47,956 nucleotides of DNA from Myxococcales bacterium (lineage in GTDB: Bacteria; Myxococcota_A; Polyangia; Fen-1088), in assembly GCA_003157775.1 (NCBI GenBank), contig PMKP01000223.1:1-47956 (forward strand), in the 5' to 3' direction. Positions 29,266 through 38,650 of the stretch are shown here, piece after piece. Position 1 is the first letter of the stretch; each line of letters begins with the position of its first letter. Position numbers and translations under genes: made by a program. The notes below the pieces were generated by a model. The model was not told where the DNA came from and did no database searches. It worked only from the letters and a program-made list of their open reading frames with translations.

Positions 29266-30468
29266 CTACGGCAGAGGAACGGGCCCAACAGACGTGAGGG
29301 CTACGTCGTCGATCCAGACCCCGAACTTGGCGTCGACCGGAATCTGGAACTGCATTTCGTAGATGGTCGACGGGTCGAAGGCCGCTCCTAGGCGCCCCCA
29401 TCCATCCTGGGTAAGTGAACTGAAGGCGATGGTGTACTTGGTCCACTGAGTCGTGAGGCCGGGGGCGGGTATGCGATAGCCGTAGTGGTCCCAGCACTGT
29501 GTCGGACCCGAGACGCCCGCCTGGCAGAGCCCGCCATCAGGCTGGGTGTCCTTGTCTGGGAACGCGACCCGCAAGCCCGACGATGTGCCGCCGTCGATCT
29601 TTGCCCAGAAACTGATGCCTGTGTACGCGGATGCGTTGTACGGGCTGCCGATGCCGAACCCAAAGGTAGCGCCTGTGTCTACAAATGGCCCACCGTACAC
29701 GTACGCGGAGTATCCGGTACAGCCGTCGCCCGTGGCTGTCATGGTGAATAATCCCGCTGGATTGGGGAACATGGTTGCGCCCGGTGTGCCGTCGTCGCTG
29801 TCTTTCCAGGCCCCGGCACGCCCGTTGACCTGCGGGATGAAGCGATCACCATCGTTCATGTCGTCGATCAGTTCCTCGTTGCTAGCCAAGCCTGGGCAAG
29901 ACGTGGTCCCGGCCGTCCCGCCACTGCCCGCGGCACCAGTTCCACCTGCGGTGCTCGACACAGCGGAGCCGCCGCGTCCGCCGACCGCAGTGCCGCCGAA
30001 TGGCTGGGTTCCGCCGGAGCCGCCGCGTCCGCCGACCGCGGTGCCGCCGAATGGCTGGGTTCCGCCGGAGCCGCCGCGTCCGCCGACCACAGTGCCGCCG
30101 GGCGGCTGGGTTCCGCCGGAGCCGCCGCGTCCGCCGACCACGGTGCCACCGGGCGGCTGGGTTCCGCCGGAGCCGCCGCGTCCGCCGACCACGGTGCCGC
30201 CGGGCGGCTGGGTTCCGCCGGAGCTGACGCGTCCGCCGGTCGCGACCTGCCCCCCGCGGGAGTCGCCGTCGCCCTGGCCTCCAGTTGCGAAACTGCCCCC
30301 AAGGCTCGCGGAAGTTCCGCTTGTACCGCCGCCCTGGGAAGTGGCTCCACCGGCCAAGGGGCTAGGCGATTGGCCCGGCTGCAAGTCGTCGAGCGGTGTT
30401 CGTGCTCCGCATCCCATCGCGAGCAGTAGTGAAAGAGTCAGCCAGGACGTCGAGTGATTTGCTTTCAT
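29266..30468 (-). CDS. Lipoprotein with Gly-rich repeats and C-terminal CBM11-like carbohydrate-binding domain
   Basis: Lipobox AMGC(GARTPL); LIDD...YNASAYTGISFWAK...WTKYTIAFSSL.Q.GWG...FDP...WIDDV. Confidence 0.75.
   Translation of the reverse strand: MKANHSTSWLTLSLLLAMGCGARTPLDDLQPGQSPSPLAGGATSQGGGTSGTSASLGGSFATGGQGDGDSRGGQVATGGRVSSGGTQPPGGTVVGGRGGSGGTQPPGGTVVGGRGGSGGTQPPGGTVVGGRGGSGGTQPFGGTAVGGRGGSGGTQPFGGTAVGGRGGSAVSSTAGGTGAAGSGGTAGTTSCPGLASNEELIDDMNDGDRFIPQVNGRAGAWKDSDDGTPGATMFPNPAGLFTMTATGDGCTGYSAYVYGGPFVDTGATFGFGIGSPYNASAYTGISFWAKIDGGTSSGLRVAFPDKDTQPDGGLCQAGVSGPTQCWDHYGYRIPAPGLTTQWTKYTIAFSSLTQDGWGRLGAAFDPSTIYEMQFQIPVDAKFGVWIDDVALTSVGPVPLP
29966..30222 (-). repeat. Five tandem 51-bp repeats (SGGTQP[PF]GGT[VA]VGGRGG)
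   Basis: Near-identical CCGCCGCGTCCGCCGACC...GGCTGGGTTCCGCCGGAG units. Confidence 0.9.
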
Positions 30469-30693
30469 GATCGTACCCCTGCGTGCGCACGTGACGCAGC
30501 TACTAGGATCATAACGGATCTCAACGTTAGAGAGGGAAACACTGAAGGCGCGTCGGTCTTTTGCTCGGCGCGGATCTGCTGTCGCCAATTGATAAAGAAT
30601 AGCTCATAACTACGCATAGATAGATGCCAATCTCAAATGTGTCAGTTGAATTCTCTTAGCCGCCCCCCAGTTCCGACTCCGTGTCCCACTTTT

Positions 30694-31530
30694 TCATTTC
30701 TGCGTTCTCGGCGGCGGGCCGCTATCGAGGTGAATGACCTCGCCCGCTTTGCGATCCAGCAGATGAGACAGATTCACATTGCCCAGCGCCGCCAGCATGG
30801 TCTGGCGCAGGTTGGGGTGCTCGGCTTCTAGGCGCGACAGCAGGGCCTTCATCTGCTTGCGCTGGGCATCGGGCTGCGAGCCGCACAGGTGGCAAGGCAG
30901 GATGGGGAAGCGCTGGCTCTTGGCGAAGCGGGCCAAGGTTTCTTCGGCACAATAGATGAGAGGCCGAATCACGATGGACGCGCCATCGTCGCTGAGCAAG
31001 CGCGCAGGGATGGCGGCCAGCTTGCCCGCGAAGAAGACGTTGAGCAGCAGAGTCTCCACCGCGTCGTCTCGGTGATGACCGAGCGCAATCTTCGTGCACT
31101 GGAGTTGGCGGGCCACGCGGTAGAGAATTCCCCGGCGCAGACGTGCGCACATCGAGCAGTAGCTGCGGCCTTCAGGGATCTTGTCGACCACGATCGAATA
31201 GGTGTCCTCGCGCACGATGCGGTGATCGAAGCCCTGGGTGCGCAGCCAGTCGGCAAGCGGGGCGGGATCGTGGCCAGGCTGGCCCTGGTCAAGGTGCACA
31301 GCCACAAGGTCGAAGTGAACCGGGGCCCGCCGCCGCAACGTCTCCAGTAGAACGAGCAGGGAATAGCTGTCCTTTCCGCCTGAAACCGCCACCAAGATCC
31401 GGTCGCCCTCTGAGATGAGGTCGAAGTCCGCCACAGCGCGACCCACCCCATGCAAGAGGTCGCGTTCGACAAGCTGCGCCGGCCGGTTAGGAGGCTGCTC
31501 GGGCTTTCCGGTTTGCACGGGGCGGCTCAT
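30694..31530 (-). CDS. ttcA: tRNA 2-thiocytidine(32) synthetase
   Basis: SGGKDS PP-loop, CSMCARLRRG, ALGHHRDD, IRPL, CHLCGSQ. Confidence 0.97.
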   Translation of the reverse strand: MSRPVQTGKPEQPPNRPAQLVERDLLHGVGRAVADFDLISEGDRILVAVSGGKDSYSLLVLLETLRRRAPVHFDLVAVHLDQGQPGHDPAPLADWLRTQGFDHRIVREDTYSIVVDKIPEGRSYCSMCARLRRGILYRVARQLQCTKIALGHHRDDAVETLLLNVFFAGKLAAIPARLLSDDGASIVIRPLIYCAEETLARFAKSQRFPILPCHLCGSQPDAQRKQMKALLSRLEAEHPNLRQTMLAALGNVNLSHLLDRKAGEVIHLDSGPPPRTQK

Positions 31531-31606
31531 GCTGTGGACGTGCTACCATAGAGTGATTGTTGAGGAAAAGTGGCTACACTAGTGGGTGTAGGGCGGGTCT
31601 TACGCC

Positions 31607-32803
31607 ATGGCGATTTTCGATTCATCCCGGCGACGGAAGGGCTCCTCGCTCGGCCGATGGGCCGCGCTGGCCGTGCTCATCCACCTGCAGCTCCTGCTGG
31701 TCGCTGGGGTGGTGCTGCACATCTGGGCCCCGCGCGACGCCGACATCTTGGCGGCGCGGCAGCGGGCTGCGGCCCAGGGCTCGGCCGAACCCATCGCGGT
31801 GAGCACGGTTGACGACGATACGGCGCGCAAGCTCATCGCCGATATGGAGCGCCTGGAGGAAAAGGCGAAACAGGAGCAGTTGAAGAAGGAGGAAGAGTCG
31901 ACCAAGGCTCCTGGGCAGGTGGTGGATTTGGCCCGGCCGCGTGAGGAGAAGCGGCCTGAGAATGCGCGATTTGCCGCCGAGTACGATTCCGCGGTCGAGC
32001 ACGAAACCCGCAAGTACGGCAGGTTCGATCCCAACGAACTGCAGCGCTCACGTGGCGACAGCGATCGCAACCGGGCAGCGGTACCTGACCAGGCGAGCTC
32101 GCCCAAGCCCCCGGGATCGGCGGGTGCCTTGGCCATGCGCACCCCCCTGCATAGGAGGCCGAGTGCCTTGTCAACCCCGGGCGATCCCGACAAGGTTCCT
32201 GGTGAGACGGGCGAACAGGTCACGGGACCCTCGGATCCCGAGGGACTATTCGCCCCGTCGGGCGGCGGTGGGCCGCGCCGACTTCAGTCGCTGGAACGCG
32301 AAGGCGAGTCCCTGCTCTCGCCCGGCCCCGGCGTGGCCCCGCTCATGCCCTCCGAACAGGAGGTCGCGCATGCGGTGGGCAGCGGAACCCAGGACTACCT
32401 GCGCGACGTCGACGAGGGCGAGGAGACGGCTCTCAATGCCAAGCGTTGGAAGTTTGCGACCTTCTTCAATCGGGTCAAGGAGCAGGTGCGCGACCACTGG
32501 AAGCCGGTCGAGGAGTACCGGCGCCGCGACCCAACCGGCGCCATCTACGGTGCGCAGGACCGTCTGACCCAGGTCCACGTCCAGCTCCGGCCCGATGGCT
32601 CGCTGGCCAGGATCTCGCTGGCCCAGACCTGCGGGGTGGACTTTCTCGACGACACGGCCATGGAGGCGTTCAAGCAGGCGCAGCCGTTCCCTAATCCGCC
32701 CCGTCAGTTGGTGCAAGCTTCTGGCCTCATCGACTTCGACTTCGGATTCTATCTCGAGATCTCCGGCTCACCGCGGGTGAGGTTCTTGCGCTACAAGATG
32801 TAG
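31607..32803 (+). CDS. TonB-family energy transducer-like protein (N-terminal TM, TonB C-terminal domain)
   Basis: TM with His (VLIHLQLL); TALNA...FFNRVKEQV...W; DGSL...G..FLD..A.EAF..AQPFPNPP. Confidence 0.85.
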   Translation: MAIFDSSRRRKGSSLGRWAALAVLIHLQLLLVAGVVLHIWAPRDADILAARQRAAAQGSAEPIAVSTVDDDTARKLIADMERLEEKAKQEQLKKEEESTKAPGQVVDLARPREEKRPENARFAAEYDSAVEHETRKYGRFDPNELQRSRGDSDRNRAAVPDQASSPKPPGSAGALAMRTPLHRRPSALSTPGDPDKVPGETGEQVTGPSDPEGLFAPSGGGGPRRLQSLEREGESLLSPGPGVAPLMPSEQEVAHAVGSGTQDYLRDVDEGEETALNAKRWKFATFFNRVKEQVRDHWKPVEEYRRRDPTGAIYGAQDRLTQVHVQLRPDGSLARISLAQTCGVDFLDDTAMEAFKQAQPFPNPPRQLVQASGLIDFDFGFYLEISGSPRVRFLRYKM

Positions 32804-32891
32804 CTGGTGCTGCCAAGTGGAGAATCTGTCCTATAATCCCACCTCGGATGGGTCGCCAGGATGGGCCCCCAAAAGTGAGAAGGAGAAGCAG

Positions 32892-34034
32892 ATGAAGAAA
32901 CTAAGCGCCTTGGTCATCGTTGGCCTTTTCGCGGTTGTGCAGGGCTGCGCACAAAGCCCCAACAACACGACGGCCACGGGTGGTAGCAGCGGCGGGACTA
33001 ACACGTCGGCCAAGGGAGGCAGCGGCGGCGGCAGTGGCGGGACCAGCACGGCCGCCAGCGGCGGGTCTCTGGGCTCGGGTGGAACTTCTGCCCGCGGAGG
33101 CAGTAGCAGCGGTGGAACCAGCACGGCCGCCAGCGGCGGCAGCAGTGGCGGGACTAGCACGGCCGCCAGCGGCGGGGTATCGGGCTCCGGCGGATCTCTT
33201 GCCTCAGGCGGCAGCAGTGGCGGGACTAGCACGGCCTCCAGCGGAGGAAGCAATGGTGGCACGACCGCCAGCGGCGGCGGAACCACGACATCCTCGGGAG
33301 GTTGCGTGTGCGTTGGAGGTACCAGCATGAGTGCGACCGGCGGCAGCGGCAGCGGAGGCAGCACGACAGACGCGGGAGGCAGCGCTGGCGGGGCCGGCGG
33401 GACAGCCAAGGGCGGCAGCGGCGGTGGAACAACCAAGGGAGGCAGTGGCGGTGGGGCGGGCACAGATGCCAATGGGGGCAGCGGCGGTGGAACCGGGGGG
33501 ACAGTCAAGGGGGGCAGCGGCGGTGGGGCTGGGGGGACAGCCGCGGGAGGCAGCGGCGGCGACAGCGGCACTGCATCCACTGGAGCTTGCGTCTGCAGTG
33601 GCCCCGTGTGCGTGCTGCCGGACTGTCTGAAGAACCTCGGCACCGACTGCGCCGAAAGTGGAACTTGTGCCATGCAGACGGATTTGGACACGGGAAGCTC
33701 GAACACCTGCTACGCCAACGGGGTCAAGGAGATCGTTGTCCACGACGTGAATACTGATGACAGAACCCTGACCGTGACAAAGGGCGGCGCAACCTGCTTT
33801 TCTACGGAGTACAACGGGAACGACGTATACAGCAACACGGGCGCTATCACGGTGATGGACGCATCCGGCGTAACCGTGGCGAGCGTGATGTATGACGACA
33901 CGCTCACCTTCTACTTGGTCACTTGCACGGGCGGTCAGGAGGTGGCGCTCGATCCGTCTTGCGGGAACGTCTGGCCGGCATCCGTGCTGATGGGCTCAGG
34001 CTGCCAGAACGAGGGAGGCTGCGCCACGCCCTAG
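32892..34034 (+). CDS. Lipoprotein with long Gly/Ser/Thr linker and Cys-rich C-terminal domain
   Basis: AAGGAG RBS, TATAAT at 32832; MKKLSALVIVGLFAVVQGC lipobox; GGSSGGTSTAAS repeats. Confidence 0.85.
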   Translation: MKKLSALVIVGLFAVVQGCAQSPNNTTATGGSSGGTNTSAKGGSGGGSGGTSTAASGGSLGSGGTSARGGSSSGGTSTAASGGSSGGTSTAASGGVSGSGGSLASGGSSGGTSTASSGGSNGGTTASGGGTTTSSGGCVCVGGTSMSATGGSGSGGSTTDAGGSAGGAGGTAKGGSGGGTTKGGSGGGAGTDANGGSGGGTGGTVKGGSGGGAGGTAAGGSGGDSGTASTGACVCSGPVCVLPDCLKNLGTDCAESGTCAMQTDLDTGSSNTCYANGVKEIVVHDVNTDDRTLTVTKGGATCFSTEYNGNDVYSNTGAITVMDASGVTVASVMYDDTLTFYLVTCTGGQEVALDPSCGNVWPASVLMGSGCQNEGGCATP

Positions 34035-34082
34035 CTCCACGGCTTGGGCCAGCACCAAGGTTGATCCGCTGATCTTTGGACT

Positions 34083-36359
34083 ATGCATCCGCCCCGTGGC
34101 AACGGTGGCCAATCCATCACCGCCCAGTTGGGGCCCACCAATACCGGGAAAACCTACCGTGCTGTCGAGCGGATGCTGCAGCACGGAAGCGGGATGATCG
34201 GCTTGCCCCTGCGCCTCTTGGCGCGTGAAGTGTACGACCGGGTAACCGCGCGGGTGGGTGAGGGAGCGGTGGCGCTCGTCACCGGGGAAGAGAAGCGTGT
34301 GCCGCCTCGGCCGCGCTACTGGGTTTGCACGGTCGAGGCCATGCCGGCGGAGCGTGAGGTGGATTTCGTGGCGGTCGACGAGATCCAGTTGTGTGGCCAC
34401 TCCGAGCGCGGTCATGTGTTCACCGATCGGCTTCTGCACGGACGCGGTCGGCAAGAAACCTGGTTCTTGGGCGCCGAGACCATACGGCCCATTCTTGAGC
34501 GGTTGGTACCCACCGCGGTTCTCGATAGGAGGCCACGCTTGTCACGCCTGCATGGTGCGGGCTCCCTGCCGTTGCGCGGCCTTCCCCCGCGCACCGCTGT
34601 GGTTGCCTTTTCGGCTGGTGCGGTGTACGGCCTGGCTGAACGGTTGCGCGTGCGCCGGGGCGGGGCTGCGGTGGTGCTGGGCGCGCTGTCGCCGCGCGCA
34701 CGCAATGCCCAGGTGGCCCTCTACCAGGCTGGCGAAGTGGACTACCTTGTGGCCACGGACGCGATCGGCATGGGCCTCAACATGGACGTGGATTGTGTGG
34801 CGTTCGCCGAGTTGAGCAAGTTCGACGGCCGGCAGACGCGAGAGCTAGATGAAGCCGAACTGGCGCAGATCGCGGGCCGCGCCGGACGGCACCACAATGA
34901 CGGTCGTTTTGCCACGCTGGCGCCGCTGCCACCGCTATCGGCCGCGGTCACCCACGCCATCGAAGACCATCGCTTTCCGGTACAAAGACGCATTCTTTGG
35001 CGCAGCCGCGATCTCGACACCAGTTCGGTGGACGCTCTGACGGCGTCCTTGCGCCAGCGGCCTTTCGCTGCCTGCCTCGAACTTCAGGACCGGGCCGAAG
35101 ACGCGCGCGCTTTGGCGCGGCTGCGGCAAGACGGCGAGGTGATGGCCCACGCACGGGACGCCGAGAGCGTCGGCTTGCTGTGGGAGGTCTGCCAGATCCC
35201 TGACTATCGCCAGTTGCAACTCGACGACCATTTCCAACTTCTGCGCGCCGTGTTCCTGCAGCTTCGCGGATCGCGCCAGCGACTGGCAGACGACTGGATC
35301 CGACGCCATGTCGATCCACTCGACGATGCCCAAGGTGACATCGACACCCTGCTGGCGCGCATGGCCTTCATTCGAACCTGGACGTACATCACGCACCACA
35401 CGCGCTGGGTGAACGACGCCCGGGCATGGCAGGAACGGGCACGCGCCATCGAGGATCGCCTAAGCGATGCCCTGCACGATCGGTTGGTAGCGCGCTTCGT
35501 GGATCCCGCATCCCGGCGCACGCGCTCGCGCGGGCCGCGCGACGGGTCGCTGGGCGAGCAACTGCGCGCTGTCGTGCCGCTGGCCGAAACTCGGCGTGAG
35601 GAAGCGGACCTGAGCGACTCGATCCCACGCTGGATCGATGGGTTGGTGGAGGCTGCGCACGAGCGCTTTCGGTTGGACGATGCTGGCCGCATTCTGGACG
35701 GCGATCGGGTGCTGGCGCGGCTGGCAGCGGGCGTGGATCGCTTGCGGCCTGAGGTTACGCTGTTGGTGGATGACCTTCACGCCGGCCAGCGGCTGCGTCT
35801 GCACCGGCGGCTTGTTGCCTGGACTCGCGATTGGGTGGCCCAACTGCTGGCGCCCTTGCGTGATGAAAGGCTGGCCAGCCTGGGGCCGGCAGGGCGCGGC
35901 CTTTGCTATCAGCTTGAACAGGGGCTGGGCACGGTCCTGGTCGCCGACGCGTGCGAGCAGGTGGGCGCACTGGCACCGAGCGATCGCAGCGCGTTCGGCC
36001 GCGCCGGCGTGCGCGTGGGCCAGCACGTGGTGTTTTCGGCCAGTCTGCTGCAGCCCGCGGCGTTGCGCGACCGCACTCTGCTGTGCCAGGCCGAGATGGG
36101 CCGCCGGCTCGAATCAGCGAGATCCCATGCGGTGTCGTTCTTGCCCAGTTCCGAGGTAAGCGACGCAAGCTACGCAGCCATGGGATTCCCGGTGATTGGG
36201 GGGCGCGCCATCCGGGCGGATCTGGTGGAAACCGTCGCCAGCCGCGTGGCCTCGGGCGCGCGCCCGGCGGAGATCGCACGGCGCTTGGGCTGCTACCCCG
36301 ACGAGGTCGAGCCCATCCGGCGGGCGTTTGCGCCGTCACGTGGGTGTTCGCGTTGCTGA
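34083..36359 (+). CDS. SUV3-like (MgpS-type) superfamily 2 helicase
   Basis: GPTNTGKT, PLRLLAREVY, CTVEAM, DEIQ, ATDAIGMGLN, QIAGRAGR. Confidence 0.92.
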   Translation: MHPPRGNGGQSITAQLGPTNTGKTYRAVERMLQHGSGMIGLPLRLLAREVYDRVTARVGEGAVALVTGEEKRVPPRPRYWVCTVEAMPAEREVDFVAVDEIQLCGHSERGHVFTDRLLHGRGRQETWFLGAETIRPILERLVPTAVLDRRPRLSRLHGAGSLPLRGLPPRTAVVAFSAGAVYGLAERLRVRRGGAAVVLGALSPRARNAQVALYQAGEVDYLVATDAIGMGLNMDVDCVAFAELSKFDGRQTRELDEAELAQIAGRAGRHHNDGRFATLAPLPPLSAAVTHAIEDHRFPVQRRILWRSRDLDTSSVDALTASLRQRPFAACLELQDRAEDARALARLRQDGEVMAHARDAESVGLLWEVCQIPDYRQLQLDDHFQLLRAVFLQLRGSRQRLADDWIRRHVDPLDDAQGDIDTLLARMAFIRTWTYITHHTRWVNDARAWQERARAIEDRLSDALHDRLVARFVDPASRRTRSRGPRDGSLGEQLRAVVPLAETRREEADLSDSIPRWIDGLVEAAHERFRLDDAGRILDGDRVLARLAAGVDRLRPEVTLLVDDLHAGQRLRLHRRLVAWTRDWVAQLLAPLRDERLASLGPAGRGLCYQLEQGLGTVLVADACEQVGALAPSDRSAFGRAGVRVGQHVVFSASLLQPAALRDRTLLCQAEMGRRLESARSHAVSFLPSSEVSDASYAAMGFPVIGGRAIRADLVETVASRVASGARPAEIARRLGCYPDEVEPIRRAFAPSRGCSRC

Positions 36360-36366
36360 AACCGCG

Positions 36367-37143
36367 CTACGGCACCGGCGTCGCAACTCCGTTGTCGACG
36401 GGAAGATGGACGCGAAAGGTGCTGCCTTGGCCAAGCTCGCTTTCGACTTCAACGCGGCCCCCATGGGCGCGCACCAACATCGCGGTGATGTAGAGCCCCA
36501 AGCCCAGGGCTTCCCGCCGGCTGTTGTCCTTGGCACGGGAACTGCGCTCGAACAGGTGGGGCAAGTCCTGCCGGGCAATGCCGACGCCGTGGTCGGTGAC
36601 CGCCATGGTAACGAACCCGTCGGCGCAGCTTGCGTGCACGAAGACCTCAGCTGGCGCATCGGAGTACTTGAGCGCGTTGCTGAGCAGGTTCACCAGGATG
36701 CGTTCCAGCCGGTCGGGATCAGCCGGCAGGGAAGCCAAGCGCGCCTCGAAAGACAGCCGGACGCGCTCGGTGGACAGGGTTCCCGCCAGCTTTTCAACTA
36801 GTTCGGTGATGAAGGTCTGCACATTGATGGGTTTCCGGGCAAGCTGGATCCGGCCGCTTTCGAGACGAGCCGAGTCCACCAGGTCCCGGATCATGGTGGC
36901 CAGACGCTGGCCGTTGGCGATGATGGTGGCGACGCGTTTGGCATGGCGATCCCCTGGCGCAAGCGATCGTTGCAGCATCTGTGCCTGCAGGAGCAGGGCG
37001 GACAGGGGCGTGCCCAGATCGTGCGACACCGCGCGGAGTAGAGCATCGCGCTGCTCCTGCAACTCCTGCAGACGCGTAACGTCGACCAAGGTGGCGACCA
37101 CCGCATCCACTTTGTCGTCTGCTTTCTTGTCCACCGGATCCAT
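36367..37143 (-). CDS. Orphan histidine kinase (HisKA + HATPase), no intact sensor domain
   Basis: SHDLGTPL H-box, NLLSNALKYS, VTDHGVGI, GLGL, GQGSTF; start uncertain. Confidence 0.8.
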   Translation of the reverse strand: MDPVDKKADDKVDAVVATLVDVTRLQELQEQRDALLRAVSHDLGTPLSALLLQAQMLQRSLAPGDRHAKRVATIIANGQRLATMIRDLVDSARLESGRIQLARKPINVQTFITELVEKLAGTLSTERVRLSFEARLASLPADPDRLERILVNLLSNALKYSDAPAEVFVHASCADGFVTMAVTDHGVGIARQDLPHLFERSSRAKDNSRREALGLGLYITAMLVRAHGGRVEVESELGQGSTFRVHLPVDNGVATPVP

Positions 37144-37271
37144 TTCTGCGTCCGAAGGTTGCTGCACAAATGCCAAGACAACAACTATAGCCGCGGGCAG
37201 CGGCCATGCAACCGCCAGCGGGTGCAGAGAACCTCTTGGCGATTGCGCCAATGTAGGGCATGACAGGGAGC

Positions 37272-38624
37272 ATGGCGGCCGATACCACCTTTGCAGCGAA
37301 GTCGTACTCCGAACGCGAGGCGCGCCGCATTCTGCTCGAAGCCCTGAAGGGCCAGGGCGGCCAGTTGACCAAGGCTGATGCAGTCGCCAAGTCCGGCCTC
37401 CCGGTGCCGGTCGCCGAGGATGCGCTCGGCAGTCTGCTCAAGGAATTCCGCAGTCATCTCGCAGCCACCGAGAGCGGCGAGTTGATCTATCAGTTCGATC
37501 CGTCATTCACCCGCAGGGACGCGGTGCCTTTGCGCGAGAAACTGGCCAAGCTGGGCAACGGGTTATGGAGGGGGTTCACTTTCCTTTTCAAGATCTCCAT
37601 CGTGACGACGCTGGTCGTGTACTTCGTAGCGTTCGTCGCGATGCTGATCGCGGTCCTGTTCGCGCGGCGTAGCTCAGACGATCGCGACAGCGGCGGTGAC
37701 ATTGACTTCACCTGGCCGCTATTTTGGATGTGGGGCTGGGGTCCAAGCTACGATGGCGGCCGCTACCGCCGCCGCCGCCGGCTCCCGGACAAGCCCCTTT
37801 ACAAGAAGGTCTTCGAGTTCGTCTTCGGGCCGCCCAAGCCGCCCGTGGATCCGTTGGCCGAAGAAAAAGAGGTCCTAGCCTTCATCCGGCAGAAGAATGG
37901 CCGCATCGCCGCGGCGGACTTGGTCATGCTGATGGGATGGGATTTCGCGCGCGCCGAGGAGGAGGCCACCCGCTTGCTGGTCAACTACGGCGGCGAGCCC
38001 GAGGTCACGGATGACGGCGTGGTGGTCTACGCGTTCAAGGAGATCCGCAAGACAGCAGGCGAAGAGCAGCCGGCTCAGACGACGGTGCGCTGGGCCTGGG
38101 AGCGCCTGGAGGCTCGGCCGCCGCTCACGGGAAACCGCACCGGTACCAACGTGGCCATCAGCCTGTTCAACGGGTTCAACCTGCTGGCGCCGCTGTGGAT
38201 CGTACCGGCTTTTGAGGCCGGCCTGCGCGCACCCATCCCGGGCCAAGAGTTCCTACTGCACGACTATCCCCTGGTCTTCTCGTCGTTGCTGTTCGCGGTT
38301 CCACTTGGCCGCTGGCTGGTCGAGCGGGCGCGCGAGCCGGGCCGGCGCAGGCGCAACGCCCGCCGACGCCTGCTGCAAGCGGTGCTGGCCAAGCAGGGCC
38401 AAGCCGCGTCGGTCGAGGAGCTGGCGCCCGAGCCGGTTGCGGCAGAGGCGCTGTCAAGGTCCCTGGTGGACTTGGGCGGCGATGTGGTGACCGACGACAA
38501 CGGCCAGATCCGCTACGCCTTCCCGCGCATCCGTCAGGAGCTTGCGGAAATCGAAAAGGCCCGCGCGGGGGCCTCGGGACGCGAACGAGATCCCGGTGCT
38601 ATCGTGTTTTCGTCGAAAAACTGA
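37272..38624 (+). CDS. Conserved membrane protein with three winged-helix-like repeats (resembles cyanobacterial/plastid At5g03900-type proteins)
   Basis: GGGAG RBS; repeats ending ATESGELIYQF, VTDDGVVVYAF, TDDNGQIRYAF; TM segments; VFEFVFG. Confidence 0.7.
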   Translation: MAADTTFAAKSYSEREARRILLEALKGQGGQLTKADAVAKSGLPVPVAEDALGSLLKEFRSHLAATESGELIYQFDPSFTRRDAVPLREKLAKLGNGLWRGFTFLFKISIVTTLVVYFVAFVAMLIAVLFARRSSDDRDSGGDIDFTWPLFWMWGWGPSYDGGRYRRRRRLPDKPLYKKVFEFVFGPPKPPVDPLAEEKEVLAFIRQKNGRIAAADLVMLMGWDFARAEEEATRLLVNYGGEPEVTDDGVVVYAFKEIRKTAGEEQPAQTTVRWAWERLEARPPLTGNRTGTNVAISLFNGFNLLAPLWIVPAFEAGLRAPIPGQEFLLHDYPLVFSSLLFAVPLGRWLVERAREPGRRRRNARRRLLQAVLAKQGQAASVEELAPEPVAAEALSRSLVDLGGDVVTDDNGQIRYAFPRIRQELAEIEKARAGASGRERDPGAIVFSSKN

Positions 38625-38650
38625 CGGATTCTCTGTGACCGGGGCGCGAC

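Noticed and set aside
29966-30222. Tandem repeats as a CRISPR array (also 47749-47947)
   Set aside because: No unique spacers, unit lengths are multiples of 3, repeats are in frame within CDS, and no cas genes are present
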